Assembly: GCA_018660825.1 (NCBI GenBank)
Contig: JABJJO010000155.1
Span: 6,830-70,829 of the forward strand
Reading direction: 5' to 3'
DNA length: 64,000 nt
Origin: Planctomycetaceae bacterium
GTDB taxonomy: Bacteria > Planctomycetota > Planctomycetia > Pirellulales > Pirellulaceae
Both the position numbers and the translations under genes were made by a program. The notes beneath the pieces are model-generated. The model saw nothing but the letters and a program-made list of their open reading frames with translations, did no database searches and had not been told where the DNA came from. This document shows positions 1-10,071 of the stretch, piece after piece; within the stretch, counting starts at the first letter, position 1; each line of letters begins with the position of its first letter.

Positions 1-1
1 T

Positions 2-889
2 CAATGGTTGGAACTTGACCAAATCGATGCGACGACTCCTGATGCCTATTTGTATCCTGAATACGACGACGTGTTGCGGAGAGCCATGTTGGCAGAAACT
101 CGCGAGTTCTTCGGGCATCTGATTGACGAGAATCTGAGCGTAGCAAACCTCATCGATTCTGACTTCACTTTCCTCAACCGAAAACTCGCCGAACACTACG
201 GTATTCCGAACGTCGGCGGTGAAGAAATGCGTAAAGTCATGCTGCCACCCAACAGCGTTCGTGGTGGCATATTGACCCATGCCGCGATTGCCAAGGTAAC
301 GGCAAACGGTACGGTGACCACGCCAGTTAAACGTGGCAATTTTGTACTAACGAACCTTCTGGGCATACCATCGAATACGCCACCACCGGCGGTTGGCGGG
401 ATTGAACCGGACACACGCGGAGCAACGACCATTCGGGAGACATTGTTAAAACATCAAACGCTCGATGCGTGTGCCGTTTGTCACCGCCGGATTGATCCAC
501 CGGGATTCGCATTGGAATGTTTTGATCCAGTCGGCAATTTTCGCACTCGCTATCGCAACAGCAAAGATGTCAAACGAACAGCCCAAGTCGGACTACGTTT
601 TTTGCACAAAGACTACGATTTAGGCCCCCCCGTCGATACAACGGGTGTGACCGCCGATGGCATCGAGTTCAATGGTATCCGCGACTACAAGAACCATCTA
701 TTGACATCTAAAAAACAGGTCGCGCGCAACCTGGTTTCGCTGCTGATAACGTTCGCCACAGGTGGAGAGATTGAGTTTGCGGACCGCGACGAGGTCGAAC
801 GTATCCTGCTTTCCGCGAAGGACAACGGCTATCCGATACGGAGTCTTATCCATCATGTCGTTACAAGCCGGCTCTTTAGGGATCGCTAA
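2..889 (+). CDS. C-terminal part of a DUF1592/DUF1588/DUF1585-type planctomycete protein; the 5' end lies upstream of the window
   Basis: The frame is open from base 2. It contains the block 'CAVCHRRIDPPGFALECFDPVGNFR' typical of the DUF1588/DUF1585 C-terminus. Its stop (887-889) overlaps the ATG of a DUF1552 gene, the usual partner. Confidence 0.75.
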   Translation, partial: QWLELDQIDATTPDAYLYPEYDDVLRRAMLAETREFFGHLIDENLSVANLIDSDFTFLNRKLAEHYGIPNVGGEEMRKVMLPPNSVRGGILTHAAIAKVTANGTVTTPVKRGNFVLTNLLGIPSNTPPPAVGGIEPDTRGATTIRETLLKHQTLDACAVCHRRIDPPGFALECFDPVGNFRTRYRNSKDVKRTAQVGLRFLHKDYDLGPPVDTTGVTADGIEFNGIRDYKNHLLTSKKQVARNLVSLLITFATGGEIEFADRDEVERILLSAKDNGYPIRSLIHHVVTSRLFRDR

Positions 890-2148
890 TGCATAATCCA
901 ATCTCACGTCGCGCTGCACTCAAAGCTTCTGGAATCACGATTGCGCTGCCACTGCTCGAATCAATGAAACCTGCGATCGGCCATGAATATACGGTACCGC
1001 CCAAACGCATGGTTTTGATTTGTAATGCTTTGGGACTGCATTCCCCATCGCTGTTTCCGAAGACGCCCGGGTCCGACTATGCAAACACGGAGTACCTCGA
1101 CCTACTCCAACCACACCGAAGTGATTTTACGATTTTTTCCGGGCTGTCCCATCCGGACCAAAACGGCAAGGATCCTCACGATACTAAAATGACCTTTCTG
1201 ACAGCGGCGATCAATCCGGGACTCGGAGGCTTCAAGAATTCGATTTCGGTGGATCAGGTGGCGGCGATGCACCTCGGTCACGCCACGAGGTTTCCGTCAA
1301 TCACGCTGGGGAGCAACACTCAGGAGAGTCAGTCGTACGACAGTAATGGTGTAATGCTGCCAGCCGATTATCGGCCATCGCGGCTGTTTACGAAATTATT
1401 CATGGCCGGAAGCCCGGAAGAACAGCGGCGACAAAGGCAGAGACTCGCGAACGGTCGCAGTATTCTTGATGCCGTTGGCGATCAGACAAAAGCGCTCAAC
1501 CGACAAGCTAGTGGAGGTGACCGGAAGCAACTAGATGAATACTCCGCTGCTATACGCACGGCTGAGAAGGAACTGGCTGCATCCGATGCGTGGCTGGATC
1601 GCCCCAAGCCTGAGGTGAACGTCGAAGTTCCGCAGGACATTGCGGAACCGTCGGAATTGCTCGGCCGCATTCGTGAGCTGATGAATCTGATTCCGCTGAT
1701 GCTGCAGACCGATTCAACGCGAGTGGTCAGCCTGATGATTCAGGATCACCAAACTGTGCCCAACATCGCCGGGGTCCAGGCGGGGCATCACCCACTGTCC
1801 CATCATGGTCAGGATCCCGCGAAGATTGCCCAATTGAAGATCATCGAGTCCGGAATCCTCTCAACATTCTCGGGCTTCCTGACCCAGCTTGGACAGCGAT
1901 CGGCACAAGGAACGCGACTGCTGGATCACACGGCCGTGCTTTTCGGAAGTAACCTTGGTAATGCTAACGCCCACGACCCAAGCAATCTACCCGTCATTCT
2001 GGCGGGAGGTGGATACCGCCACGGTCAGTACGTGGCCTACGACAAGAAGAACAATATTCCATTGTGCAACTTATTCGTCAACATGCTCAACAATATGGGC
2101 GTGGAAACCGAGTCGTTCGCGACCAGCACGGGCAGCTTAGAGATTTAG
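889..2148 (+). CDS. DUF1552 domain-containing protein (partner of DUF1588-family proteins)
   Basis: 419-aa ORF with a Tat-like N-terminus 'ISRRAALKASGITIALPLL'. It has a TAATG stop/start overlap with the upstream gene, and its length and layout are typical of planctomycete DUF1552. Confidence 0.8.
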   Translation: MHNPISRRAALKASGITIALPLLESMKPAIGHEYTVPPKRMVLICNALGLHSPSLFPKTPGSDYANTEYLDLLQPHRSDFTIFSGLSHPDQNGKDPHDTKMTFLTAAINPGLGGFKNSISVDQVAAMHLGHATRFPSITLGSNTQESQSYDSNGVMLPADYRPSRLFTKLFMAGSPEEQRRQRQRLANGRSILDAVGDQTKALNRQASGGDRKQLDEYSAAIRTAEKELAASDAWLDRPKPEVNVEVPQDIAEPSELLGRIRELMNLIPLMLQTDSTRVVSLMIQDHQTVPNIAGVQAGHHPLSHHGQDPAKIAQLKIIESGILSTFSGFLTQLGQRSAQGTRLLDHTAVLFGSNLGNANAHDPSNLPVILAGGGYRHGQYVAYDKKNNIPLCNLFVNMLNNMGVETESFATSTGSLEI

Positions 2149-2234
2149 TGCTTGCTTTCCATTACTTCTTTTCCAGAGACGATGATATTATAGTCTGAGG
2201 TAGCGATGAAAAACTTCCACTAAGAGATACGCGG

Positions 2235-4073
2235 ATGAGCAAAATAACGAGAAGAAACTTTGTTAATGGATCCCTAATAGCCGCGGGAACTTCCGTGCTG
2301 CCATTTTCAGGCGACAGCCAGGCTGTTCTGGCAACCCTCGACCCAACCTATTATCCACCAGCGCGTACCGGACTGCGGGGAAGTCACCCAGGCTCCAACA
2401 CCCATGCACATAGCAGGGCTTTCGATGGAAAATCGGATTGGGGACAAACCAACCATTTAACGGAGGAATACGACTTGGTCGTCGTGGGAGGGGGGATCAG
2501 CGGACTAGCAGCTGCCTATTTTTATCAGAAAGAACATGGAAGAAATAAGAGGGTTCTCATACTGGACAACCACGATGATTTTGGGGGTCATGCTAGAAGA
2601 AATGAGCACACGATTGATGGCAAGATTCTATTAGGCTACGGCGGTTCTCAGACTCTGGTAAACCCACAGCATGCTGGCGAAACCGTTCGCAGTTTGTTAA
2701 ACGACATAGGCGTAGATTTAGAGCGATTTAAAACGGCCTATGACCTTGGCTTCTATAAGAGGAACAAATTACAGGCGGTTACTTACTTCAACAATAAAAC
2801 GTTTGGTGAAGACAAGGTGGTCAAACATCCCTATTGTAATTATCCAAATTTTGTGGAGGGACTGCCACAATCGACGCTATCCCATGAAGAGGCTGCGCGA
2901 CAGGCCCCTTTGAACAGGAAGGGCAAAGACCAATTGCTGCGGGTATTAAATGGCGGACTGCATGTAATAAAGGTACCCCAAGGGAAATTGCGAAATTACA
3001 TTCGTTCTCATTCCTATTACGATTATCTTAAAACCAATTTGGGTGTTGATGTTCCTGAGATTTTCAGAATGGCCCGACATTCTGCCGCCGATTGGGGTTC
3101 TGGCGGAACAGACGTAATGAGCATAGAGGCAGCCAAGAGTTGTGGGGCACTCGGCTTCGCTCCGGTGGCAACCTACGATGAAGGAAATCCATATATTCAC
3201 CATTTTCCCGATGGGAATGCCAGCGTGGCGCGTGCGCTGGTGAAAAAGATGATTCCTAATGTCGGGGAGGGAAATAACGCCGAAGAGATTCTTTTGTCCA
3301 AATTCAAGTATGCGGAGTTAGACAAAACGAGCAATATTGTCCGCATCAGACTTAACAGTACCGTGGTTAAGGTGCGGCATGATGGCGATCCCAAAATCTC
3401 AGGTACGGTATTGGTGAACTATATCCATGACAACAAATCGTATCAGGTTAAAGGTAAAGGCGTCGTGATGGCTTGCTACAATATGATGATTCCTTATATT
3501 GTTCCCGATCTTCCAAAAGAACAAGATGCCGCACTTAGACTTCAAACAAAAACTCCATTGCAATACACTACCGTCGGACTAAAAAACTGGCTCGCCATGA
3601 AAGAAATGGGGATCGGTTTGGCGATGTGCCCCGGTAATATGCACCAGGTAGTGCAGATGGACTTTCCGGTGTCTTTGGGCGGATATGAATTCACCAAGAC
3701 CCCCAATGACCCCTGTATCCTTCAAATGGTAAGTTGCCCAACAGGAGACACCGTGGGTGCACCAGCGGTAGAACAATTCCGTGAAGCAAGATATCGAATG
3801 TTAGAATTGAATTTTGATGATTACGAAAATGAAATCCGAGACCATTTAAGCGGCATGCTTCCACAGGGCTCATTCGAATTCGACCGGGATGTCGAGAGCA
3901 TTTCCGTAAATCGTTGGGCTCATGGTTATTCCTATGGTGGCCCGGGCGATTCCACCAGAAAAGGGCGGCAACCATTTGGTCGCATCACTATCGCCAACAG
4001 CGACTCAGCCCCTGGTGCAGATGCACTCGTTGCCATCAGGATGGCATGGCGAGCTGTGAATGAATTAGGATAA
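2235..4073 (+). CDS. Tat-signal FAD/NAD(P)-binding oxidoreductase (spermidine-dehydrogenase-like / amine oxidoreductase family)
   Basis: Twin-arginine leader 'TRRNFVNGSLIAAG'. Rossmann dinucleotide motif 'DLVVVGGGISGLAAAYF'. The 612-aa length fits periplasmic SpdH-like enzymes. Confidence 0.6.
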   Translation: MSKITRRNFVNGSLIAAGTSVLPFSGDSQAVLATLDPTYYPPARTGLRGSHPGSNTHAHSRAFDGKSDWGQTNHLTEEYDLVVVGGGISGLAAAYFYQKEHGRNKRVLILDNHDDFGGHARRNEHTIDGKILLGYGGSQTLVNPQHAGETVRSLLNDIGVDLERFKTAYDLGFYKRNKLQAVTYFNNKTFGEDKVVKHPYCNYPNFVEGLPQSTLSHEEAARQAPLNRKGKDQLLRVLNGGLHVIKVPQGKLRNYIRSHSYYDYLKTNLGVDVPEIFRMARHSAADWGSGGTDVMSIEAAKSCGALGFAPVATYDEGNPYIHHFPDGNASVARALVKKMIPNVGEGNNAEEILLSKFKYAELDKTSNIVRIRLNSTVVKVRHDGDPKISGTVLVNYIHDNKSYQVKGKGVVMACYNMMIPYIVPDLPKEQDAALRLQTKTPLQYTTVGLKNWLAMKEMGIGLAMCPGNMHQVVQMDFPVSLGGYEFTKTPNDPCILQMVSCPTGDTVGAPAVEQFREARYRMLELNFDDYENEIRDHLSGMLPQGSFEFDRDVESISVNRWAHGYSYGGPGDSTRKGRQPFGRITIANSDSAPGADALVAIRMAWRAVNELG

Positions 4074-4143
4074 CTTTTCAGGGAACGCCTTGAGGAACGA
4101 AATGAATTCCATGTCGGGTATCCCACCAGGTAAGGACGACGCT

Positions 4144-5625
4144 TCAGTTTCCTGGAGACCCGACTGAGCCGTCTAGGACCTGCCGAATTTTCGCCCGCAG
4201 GCTTTCCACTTTTTCCGGCATCTCGTCAGCTAAGTTTTTCGTTTCTGAAAGATCGGTACGCAAGTTGTATAGTTCAATACCATACTTCATGCCGCGTTCA
4301 CTATTAAAACCTCGGCTACCTTTGGTGTTAATCAGTTTCCAATCACCGTCACGGATAACCTCACCGCCATGCATAATTGGGGGGCGCGGTGATTGTTGTT
4401 TGTCGGGGTGGAGCAGGGCTGGCAAAAAACTAACGCTATCCTCAGCTGTTCCCTTCGGGATTTCGTTCTGCCCGGCGATCTCGGCTAACGTGGCGAAGAC
4501 ATCGGCGAATGCTATCGTGTGCTCGGTCTTGATTCCAGCCTCAATGTGCCCGGGCCAACGCATAATAAACGGGACGCGATGACCGCCCTCCCACACACTC
4601 GCCTTAATCCCCCGTAATGGTCCGACGGACTGATGACCAAATCTTTCTGTATCTTTGTCGTACCATACCGGTCCATTGTCACTGGAGAACATGACTAATG
4701 TGTTGTCACTCATTCCGGCTTTATTCAGACTCTTCAAAACCTGCCCAACAATGCTATCGACGGTCATCACGAAATCACCGTACATTCCAGCGTTGCTCTT
4801 GCCGACAAATTTCGCTGCCGGTAACCAAGGAGTGTGCGGTGATGGTAGTGCCACATAGAGGAAGAGAGGTTTTTTTCGGTCGTGTGATTCAATCACTTTG
4901 CACGCTTCGCGAGCGAACCGAGGGGTCACTTCCGCATGTTTAAAGTCGGGTGCGATATCGCCCTCACGCCAAAACGCTCCCTGGATTCTATTCCAATCCT
5001 CTTTGCCACCAACGCTGTCACTGGCGCCGACCCTCTCAGTTGGCGGCATTACAGCCGTGTCGTCTTTAATGTAGAAGTATGGCTGAATATCGAGAGAAGC
5101 GTGCATACCAAAGAACGAATCGAATCCGCGATCTACCGGACCGCCCGTCAACGCTCCTTCATAATCGAATTCAAGGCGTTGTTGCCCGTTGTCGTCTATG
5201 AGTGATTTGCGGTCGAAACCGAGATGCCATTTGCCGACCATGGACGTTTGGTAACCGTTGTCATGGAGCATGCTAGCAACCGTCTGGCGGTTTTCAGCAA
5301 TAACGGGGTAATTGGTATTGAAACGACCCTTTCGCGCAGAAAATCTCCCCGTCAGTAATGAATAACGCGAAGGGATGCAGGTCGAGCCACCGGAATGAGC
5401 GTCGGTGAAACACACTCCCCGTTTTGCTAGATCGTCCAGATGGGGAGTTCGTATTTTGCTTTGTGGGTTGAAGGCCTGAAGGTCTCCGTACCCCATATCA
5501 TCAGCTAGGATGATAACGATATTTGGCTTATCCGCCCCTTGCGCAGGTCTTGCAAGCACGTAACACAGTGACAGCGTAACAAAAATTGCAAAGGCGAATG
5601 TACGTGTAATGGAATGAGATATCAT
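4144..5625 (-). CDS. Arylsulfatase (S1 formylglycine-dependent sulfatase family)
   Basis: Motifs 'ILADDMGYGD', 'STCIPSRYSLLTGR' (C-x-P-x-R), 'GKWHLG', 'SSDNG' and 'WEGGHRVPFI'. I chose the ATG at 5625, which gives a signal peptide 'MISHSITRTFAFAIFVTLSL', over the track start at 5685. Confidence 0.9.
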   Translation of the reverse strand: MISHSITRTFAFAIFVTLSLCYVLARPAQGADKPNIVIILADDMGYGDLQAFNPQSKIRTPHLDDLAKRGVCFTDAHSGGSTCIPSRYSLLTGRFSARKGRFNTNYPVIAENRQTVASMLHDNGYQTSMVGKWHLGFDRKSLIDDNGQQRLEFDYEGALTGGPVDRGFDSFFGMHASLDIQPYFYIKDDTAVMPPTERVGASDSVGGKEDWNRIQGAFWREGDIAPDFKHAEVTPRFAREACKVIESHDRKKPLFLYVALPSPHTPWLPAAKFVGKSNAGMYGDFVMTVDSIVGQVLKSLNKAGMSDNTLVMFSSDNGPVWYDKDTERFGHQSVGPLRGIKASVWEGGHRVPFIMRWPGHIEAGIKTEHTIAFADVFATLAEIAGQNEIPKGTAEDSVSFLPALLHPDKQQSPRPPIMHGGEVIRDGDWKLINTKGSRGFNSERGMKYGIELYNLRTDLSETKNLADEMPEKVESLRAKIRQVLDGSVGSPGN

Positions 5626-6197
5626 AACAGCCTCATTGGACCTGCAGTTCGGGCGCTCGACTAAACATCTACCTAACGTGGTCACATTCTATCACGCTCG
5701 CGGGGCGGCCGCCATGATAATCGTCCGGGCGTATTACAATCAGCGGAACTACTAACGATCGCCTCGCAGAGTGCTTTTTAACGCGGCCCGGAATCGTTTT
5801 TTGAGCTGCCATTGTTGGTCCGCACGCAATTTAACAACATTTTCGCAGCACGGGCAATCGGCGAATCACCAATTGATGCGCTACGTAGAAATATTAAAGA
5901 GTTATGAGCAAGATTATTTGCGGGTTGTTTGCGACAGCCTTCTTAACACTTGAGGCCGTTTGTATATTTAGCTTGATAGCAACTTTCGAACCCGTAGGGA
6001 GCGCGATGAGGTATCGAGTCGGATACGCGGTACTGGGTACGTAATATTTTCCTGCGCCGGTATTTATACTCATATTGGGTTATCGCAAAAACCGATATGC
6101 TACTAGGAAGATACCTACCGGCAGTATCTGATTTTTGGGCATGTATCCACCACGCTCGTGGGAAACTTTTGTACATTATTTAAATTGAAACTCAATC

Positions 6198-6911
6198 ATG
6201 ATCACAAAGAATGAAAAGGTACAACGCGTACTAGGTGGTTCATTTTTTGAACGGACCTGGTTATGGATGATCTCCAAAATGCAATTTCTATTGCTTGGCG
6301 CTCATAAAGACAAAACAGACGTCACTTTATTAAAACAAATACGCAAAGAACGGGTCTCTATGCTTACCGCTTACGAATCGTATACGATTCTGAGCACGGC
6401 TCGAAGTGTTAAAGATCTCGTTGGAGATATGGCGGAAGTTGGTGTTTTTAAAGGTGCATCGGCTAAGATTTTGTGTGGACTCAAGGGTGACAAGCAACTG
6501 TTTCTTTTTGATACGTTTGCAGGTTTGCCGGCCAATGCCAAAGAGGACGGAAACGTACATACCGAACATCGATATACGTGTAGCCTGGAATCCGTTCAGC
6601 AATACTTGGACGATTATGACAATGTGCATTTTTTTAAAGGGCTCTTTCCAGACTCCGCCAACACCGACGAGGCTCATGAGATTCTTGCCGATCGAGAGTA
6701 TAGCTTCGTTCATTTTGACGTCGATCTCTATGAGGGAACCAAAGCCTGCTTAGAGTACTATTACCCGCGAATGGTTTCGGGTGGAATCATGCTTTCACAC
6801 GACTATTCTTTGTTGCGTGGCGTGAAACAGGCATTTGACGAGTTCGTCAGCGAAATTCCCGAGGGCCTTATCGAATTTCCTTCGACCCAATGTATGATTG
6901 TAAAACTGTAG
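6198..6911 (+). CDS. TylF/MycF-like class I SAM-dependent O-methyltransferase
   Basis: 'GDMAEVGVFKGASAKIL', 'LFLFDTFAGLP' and 'VHFDVDLYEGTKACLEYYYPRMVSGGIMLSHDY' match the macrocin-O-methyltransferase (Methyltransf_24) pattern. The gene looks AT-richer than its neighbours. Confidence 0.7.
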   Translation: MITKNEKVQRVLGGSFFERTWLWMISKMQFLLLGAHKDKTDVTLLKQIRKERVSMLTAYESYTILSTARSVKDLVGDMAEVGVFKGASAKILCGLKGDKQLFLFDTFAGLPANAKEDGNVHTEHRYTCSLESVQQYLDDYDNVHFFKGLFPDSANTDEAHEILADREYSFVHFDVDLYEGTKACLEYYYPRMVSGGIMLSHDYSLLRGVKQAFDEFVSEIPEGLIEFPSTQCMIVKL

Positions 6912-7054
6912 TTTCTTTTTCTCATTTTTGCATCCACAGCTTTCTTCGTCTTGGGTATACTTGCAAATGAGCAACAGGATCGCGGACATCATCTCGATAA
7001 AAGCTGAATGCGGGGATTACTATCCACGGTTCCCCTCAATAGAACGATTTTCCC

Positions 7055-7864
7055 ATGAATACACCCGCGGCTTCTCCTACCCCTCCGATATGGCATTGGG
7101 CGTCAGGTCTTCTGGCGGATTATGATGCATGCCAACCCGGTACCATGTTTGCCAAAGGTGTTGTACTGGACGTGGCGCAGGGGTATGAACTTCAATCGGC
7201 TGTGGCTCAGTTACGTCGTGATCGAGGAGAACGGATAATCGGTTATAAGGTTGGGTGCACGTCGCCGAAAATAAGGGCACAACTCGGGATTGATCACTGT
7301 GTCACCGGTCGGCTATATGAATCAGAACAGCACACGTCGGGCGCCGAGTTGTCGCGTCAAAACTTTGCGAACCTTGCGATCGAGGGAGAGTTGGCGGTGG
7401 AACTATCGCACGAACCCAGTAACGAAAGTTTCTCCGAGACGGGAATTCCTACTTGTATTGCACGAGTTTTCCCCGTGATCGAATTACACCATCACGTGAT
7501 GCGAGGTGATCAACCTTCTGCTGGAGAACTCATCGCCAACAATGCCCTACACGCCGGATTCATCGCCGGTGCCGGTGTCAGTCCCGCTGACATCGACTGT
7601 GATGCATTCCTTGATACATCATCGCTGTCGATTTTTACCGATACTCGTTTGCTCGAAGAGTGCAGTGGCCTATCGTTGGTGCAAACAATCCGTTCTTCGC
7701 TAAAATGGCTGATGGAAGTGTTGCGAGACCGCGGTGATCAACTCCGTACCGGCCAAATTATTCTGACCGGATCAATTCCGAGTTTAATTCCGATCACCGA
7801 GGACAGCGGCATCCGGGTCGAAGTTCCGCCCTTCGGCAATGTGGAAGTTAAGTTCCTGCCCTAA
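7055..7864 (+). CDS. 2-keto-4-pentenoate hydratase / 2-oxohepta-3-ene-1,7-dioate hydratase family protein (FAH fold)
   Basis: 'IIGYKVGCTSPKIRAQLGIDHCVTGRLY' followed by 'AIEGELAVEL' resembles the MhpD/HpcG-type hydratase-decarboxylase core. The exact start is uncertain. Confidence 0.6.
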   Translation: MNTPAASPTPPIWHWASGLLADYDACQPGTMFAKGVVLDVAQGYELQSAVAQLRRDRGERIIGYKVGCTSPKIRAQLGIDHCVTGRLYESEQHTSGAELSRQNFANLAIEGELAVELSHEPSNESFSETGIPTCIARVFPVIELHHHVMRGDQPSAGELIANNALHAGFIAGAGVSPADIDCDAFLDTSSLSIFTDTRLLEECSGLSLVQTIRSSLKWLMEVLRDRGDQLRTGQIILTGSIPSLIPITEDSGIRVEVPPFGNVEVKFLP

Positions 7865-7913
7865 AAAACTCAGTTACAAGACATTATGTTATCAAAAGAA
7901 AAAGGATTCTAAC

Positions 7914-8225
7914 ATGGCTTACGACGACACGTTAATAGTAGATCACATCAAGCAGACTCACAGCACGGAGTTGCTCAGTGAACGAGAGAAGCACCTAATC
8001 GGGCTGGCCGTGACGATGACTCGAGGATGCCAAGTTTGCACTCGAAACCGCGTTGAAAAGGCCCGCAGTATAGGATTCACTGACGACGAACTTAATTCCC
8101 TGGTCGCCGTAACGGCGGCAGTCAATAGTGGGGTCACCGGTGCCACGGCCCGAGTGGCTTTTGGCATGATCGATCAGGACGTTTCTGATGAATGCGGCGA
8201 TATTTGCTCACCGAATCCACAATGA
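7914..8225 (+). CDS. Carboxymuconolactone decarboxylase (AhpD-like) family protein
   Basis: 'EREKHLIGLAVTMTRGCQVCTRNRVEKARSIGFTDDELNSLVAVTAAVN' is a CMD domain with a CxxC. The ATG at 7914 is preceded by AAAGGA. The track start at 7839 would overlap the upstream gene. Confidence 0.7.
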   Translation: MAYDDTLIVDHIKQTHSTELLSEREKHLIGLAVTMTRGCQVCTRNRVEKARSIGFTDDELNSLVAVTAAVNSGVTGATARVAFGMIDQDVSDECGDICSPNPQ

Positions 8226-8295
8226 GCGAAAACCCAGGCCAAGAAGTATTCGACATGTAGGGCATCACGGGGTTGGCGCCTATCGGAGTTTATAT

Positions 8296-9345
8296 CTATT
8301 CGTCGTCTGACGGTTGTGTAGAACTCAGTTTTGAAAGTGACTCGATCAGCGCGATCGTAGCCCAGGCCGTAGCACTAGTCGACACAAACTGGTTCACCCC
8401 ATGTGGAAACCCCGTTTCAAAGTACTTTTGAAATGGTTTACTCCTACTTTCAACCAACCATGATCCATCCGGTTTTTGTGACTGCAGCAGAAATTGCAAC
8501 CCGCGTTGATAACCGGCACTAGTGGGAGCCAAATGGCCGGTTTGAGCGAGGCAAGCCAAAACGGTTCCCGTCGCGTAAGCATCACTCATCATATCCACCT
8601 TTTGCGCCCACCCACCATCTTTACGTTGAGCAGCAATCAATTGGCTCGCAAATGTTTGTTGAGTTTGAGCCTCTGCTTGTGCATGAAACAATGCCCGCAA
8701 TTGAAATACACGGTCTTCCGTATCGGATGTTTTGGTTTTTAGTAGCCACTGGAGCACCGTGTTCCGGCGCTGCGCAATCCGTGTCCGTTGCTCCGCGGTA
8801 CCAAATGCTGCCAGCCCTCGCAATGCCACATAAGTTGTGGTGAAGTCGCTTGCTTCGGTGGGAGGTCGGTTGCTGTTGTGTGACCAGTGATCGGAGTCCC
8901 CGTTGTTTTGCAATACATATTCCGCGACGGCGGCAGTAACGTCATCCGGTTTATGCTTTCCCGCCTGCAAGGTCCACAACGCGTAACCGGCTGTGTCGAT
9001 CCGCCCGCCCTGTCCCTTTCCGGCAACGTAGTTCTCTTTTCCACGACTCAGAAACGCGGCCGTGTGATCGAGCTGACGACGAAGATTGGCCTTATCTATT
9101 TTGAAACCTTGATCCCTCGCCGCCGTAATCGCCAAGACGGGAAGAGCCTGACTGTGACAGGTAAAGCAGGGTCGTTTTTCGGCGCTACCGGCGGATGCGC
9201 GCTCCAACAGTAACAGTGATTTCTCAACTGCTTCACGTATCCGTTGATGATCCAACTCGACCGACGGAGCCGCTTGGTTTTCAACCGCATACGCCGTGGT
9301 ATGAAAAATGCCTACGGCCAAGAGAATAACCAAAAAACATTTCAT
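8296..9345 (-). CDS. Secreted prenyltransferase/squalene-oxidase-repeat (alpha/alpha-toroid) protein with one CxxCH motif
   Basis: Signal peptide 'MKCFLVILLAVGIF'. Repeated 'KDGGWAQ' / 'KPDGSWL' QW-like motifs. 'PCFTCHSQ' is a CxxCH motif. The ATG at 9345 is preferred over the TTG at 9372. Confidence 0.55.
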   Translation of the reverse strand: MKCFLVILLAVGIFHTTAYAVENQAAPSVELDHQRIREAVEKSLLLLERASAGSAEKRPCFTCHSQALPVLAITAARDQGFKIDKANLRRQLDHTAAFLSRGKENYVAGKGQGGRIDTAGYALWTLQAGKHKPDDVTAAVAEYVLQNNGDSDHWSHNSNRPPTEASDFTTTYVALRGLAAFGTAEQRTRIAQRRNTVLQWLLKTKTSDTEDRVFQLRALFHAQAEAQTQQTFASQLIAAQRKDGGWAQKVDMMSDAYATGTVLACLAQTGHLAPTSAGYQRGLQFLLQSQKPDGSWLVESRSKPFQKYFETGFPHGVNQFVSTSATAWATIALIESLSKLSSTQPSDDE

Positions 9346-9726
9346 GCGGTGTGTCGCAGAGGGTGTAACCAAAACGCCGGTGGGTAAATAGAGTGAGTAA
9401 CGATAATTATGTTAACACACAGACGGTAAACAATGTGGCGTCATATGTTCTCCGTAACCAAAAAGGAATTCTCCGGCGTTTAGTTCAGCGATGGCACATC
9501 CGAACAAGCGTCCCTAGTAACGGATAAAAAGTCAGGTTCACAGGTAATCTTCCACGACAGACTACAGTCGCTGGAAGTTACTAAAAGTTTTATTGGATGA
9601 AGGCCAACGGTATCGCGATTGACATAACAAAACTTGACACCAATTCTGAATTAGTGTATGGTTACCGGAAATACAGAAATCACAACTTTGCACCGCAGAT
9701 GGTTCTAATACTTCGAGAACGTCTCT

Positions 9727-10071
9727 ATGACTATCAAAAAAACAGGATTCACCCGAGTTCCATTGTCACAGTTTATGACTGTCTGGGTGTTGGTATCTGT
9801 TTTTGCTCTGGAACCTGCAGCGCACCTTGTTGGCCAAAACAGCCCTGTATCGTCTGAAGAGGAATGTCCCTTTGAGGAGGACGGCGAAACCTACGAGGAA
9901 GATCTGATAGTCGCGACCGGATCTCGAAGGTTTCCCGACCGAATCAGAAACAAAACCCTCCATGCACTACAAGCCCCAAACCGACGTGGCCTTTTATGCG
10001 TTTGCCAACGACAAGCAGCAATCGTCGGCCACCAACTAGCCAACGGACTTCGAGCACCTTTGGTCATTTGA
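9727..10071 (+). CDS. Hypothetical small protein (hydrophobic N-terminus, acidic stretch); weak call
   Basis: Only the ORF supports it. It has a hydrophobic segment 'MTVWVLVSVFAL' and an acidic run 'SSEEECPFEEDGETYEED'. There is no convincing SD sequence. It lies in a 0.9-kb gene-poor interval. Confidence 0.25.
   Translation: MTIKKTGFTRVPLSQFMTVWVLVSVFALEPAAHLVGQNSPVSSEEECPFEEDGETYEEDLIVATGSRRFPDRIRNKTLHALQAPNRRGLLCVCQRQAAIVGHQLANGLRAPLVI

Noticed and set aside
9478-9560. tRNA-like string 'GGCGTTTAGTTCAGCGATGG' resembling an acceptor/D-arm
   Set aside because: No matching 3' acceptor strand and no T-arm (GGTTCRANYCC) or anticodon stem can be drawn. I found no tRNA anywhere in the window.
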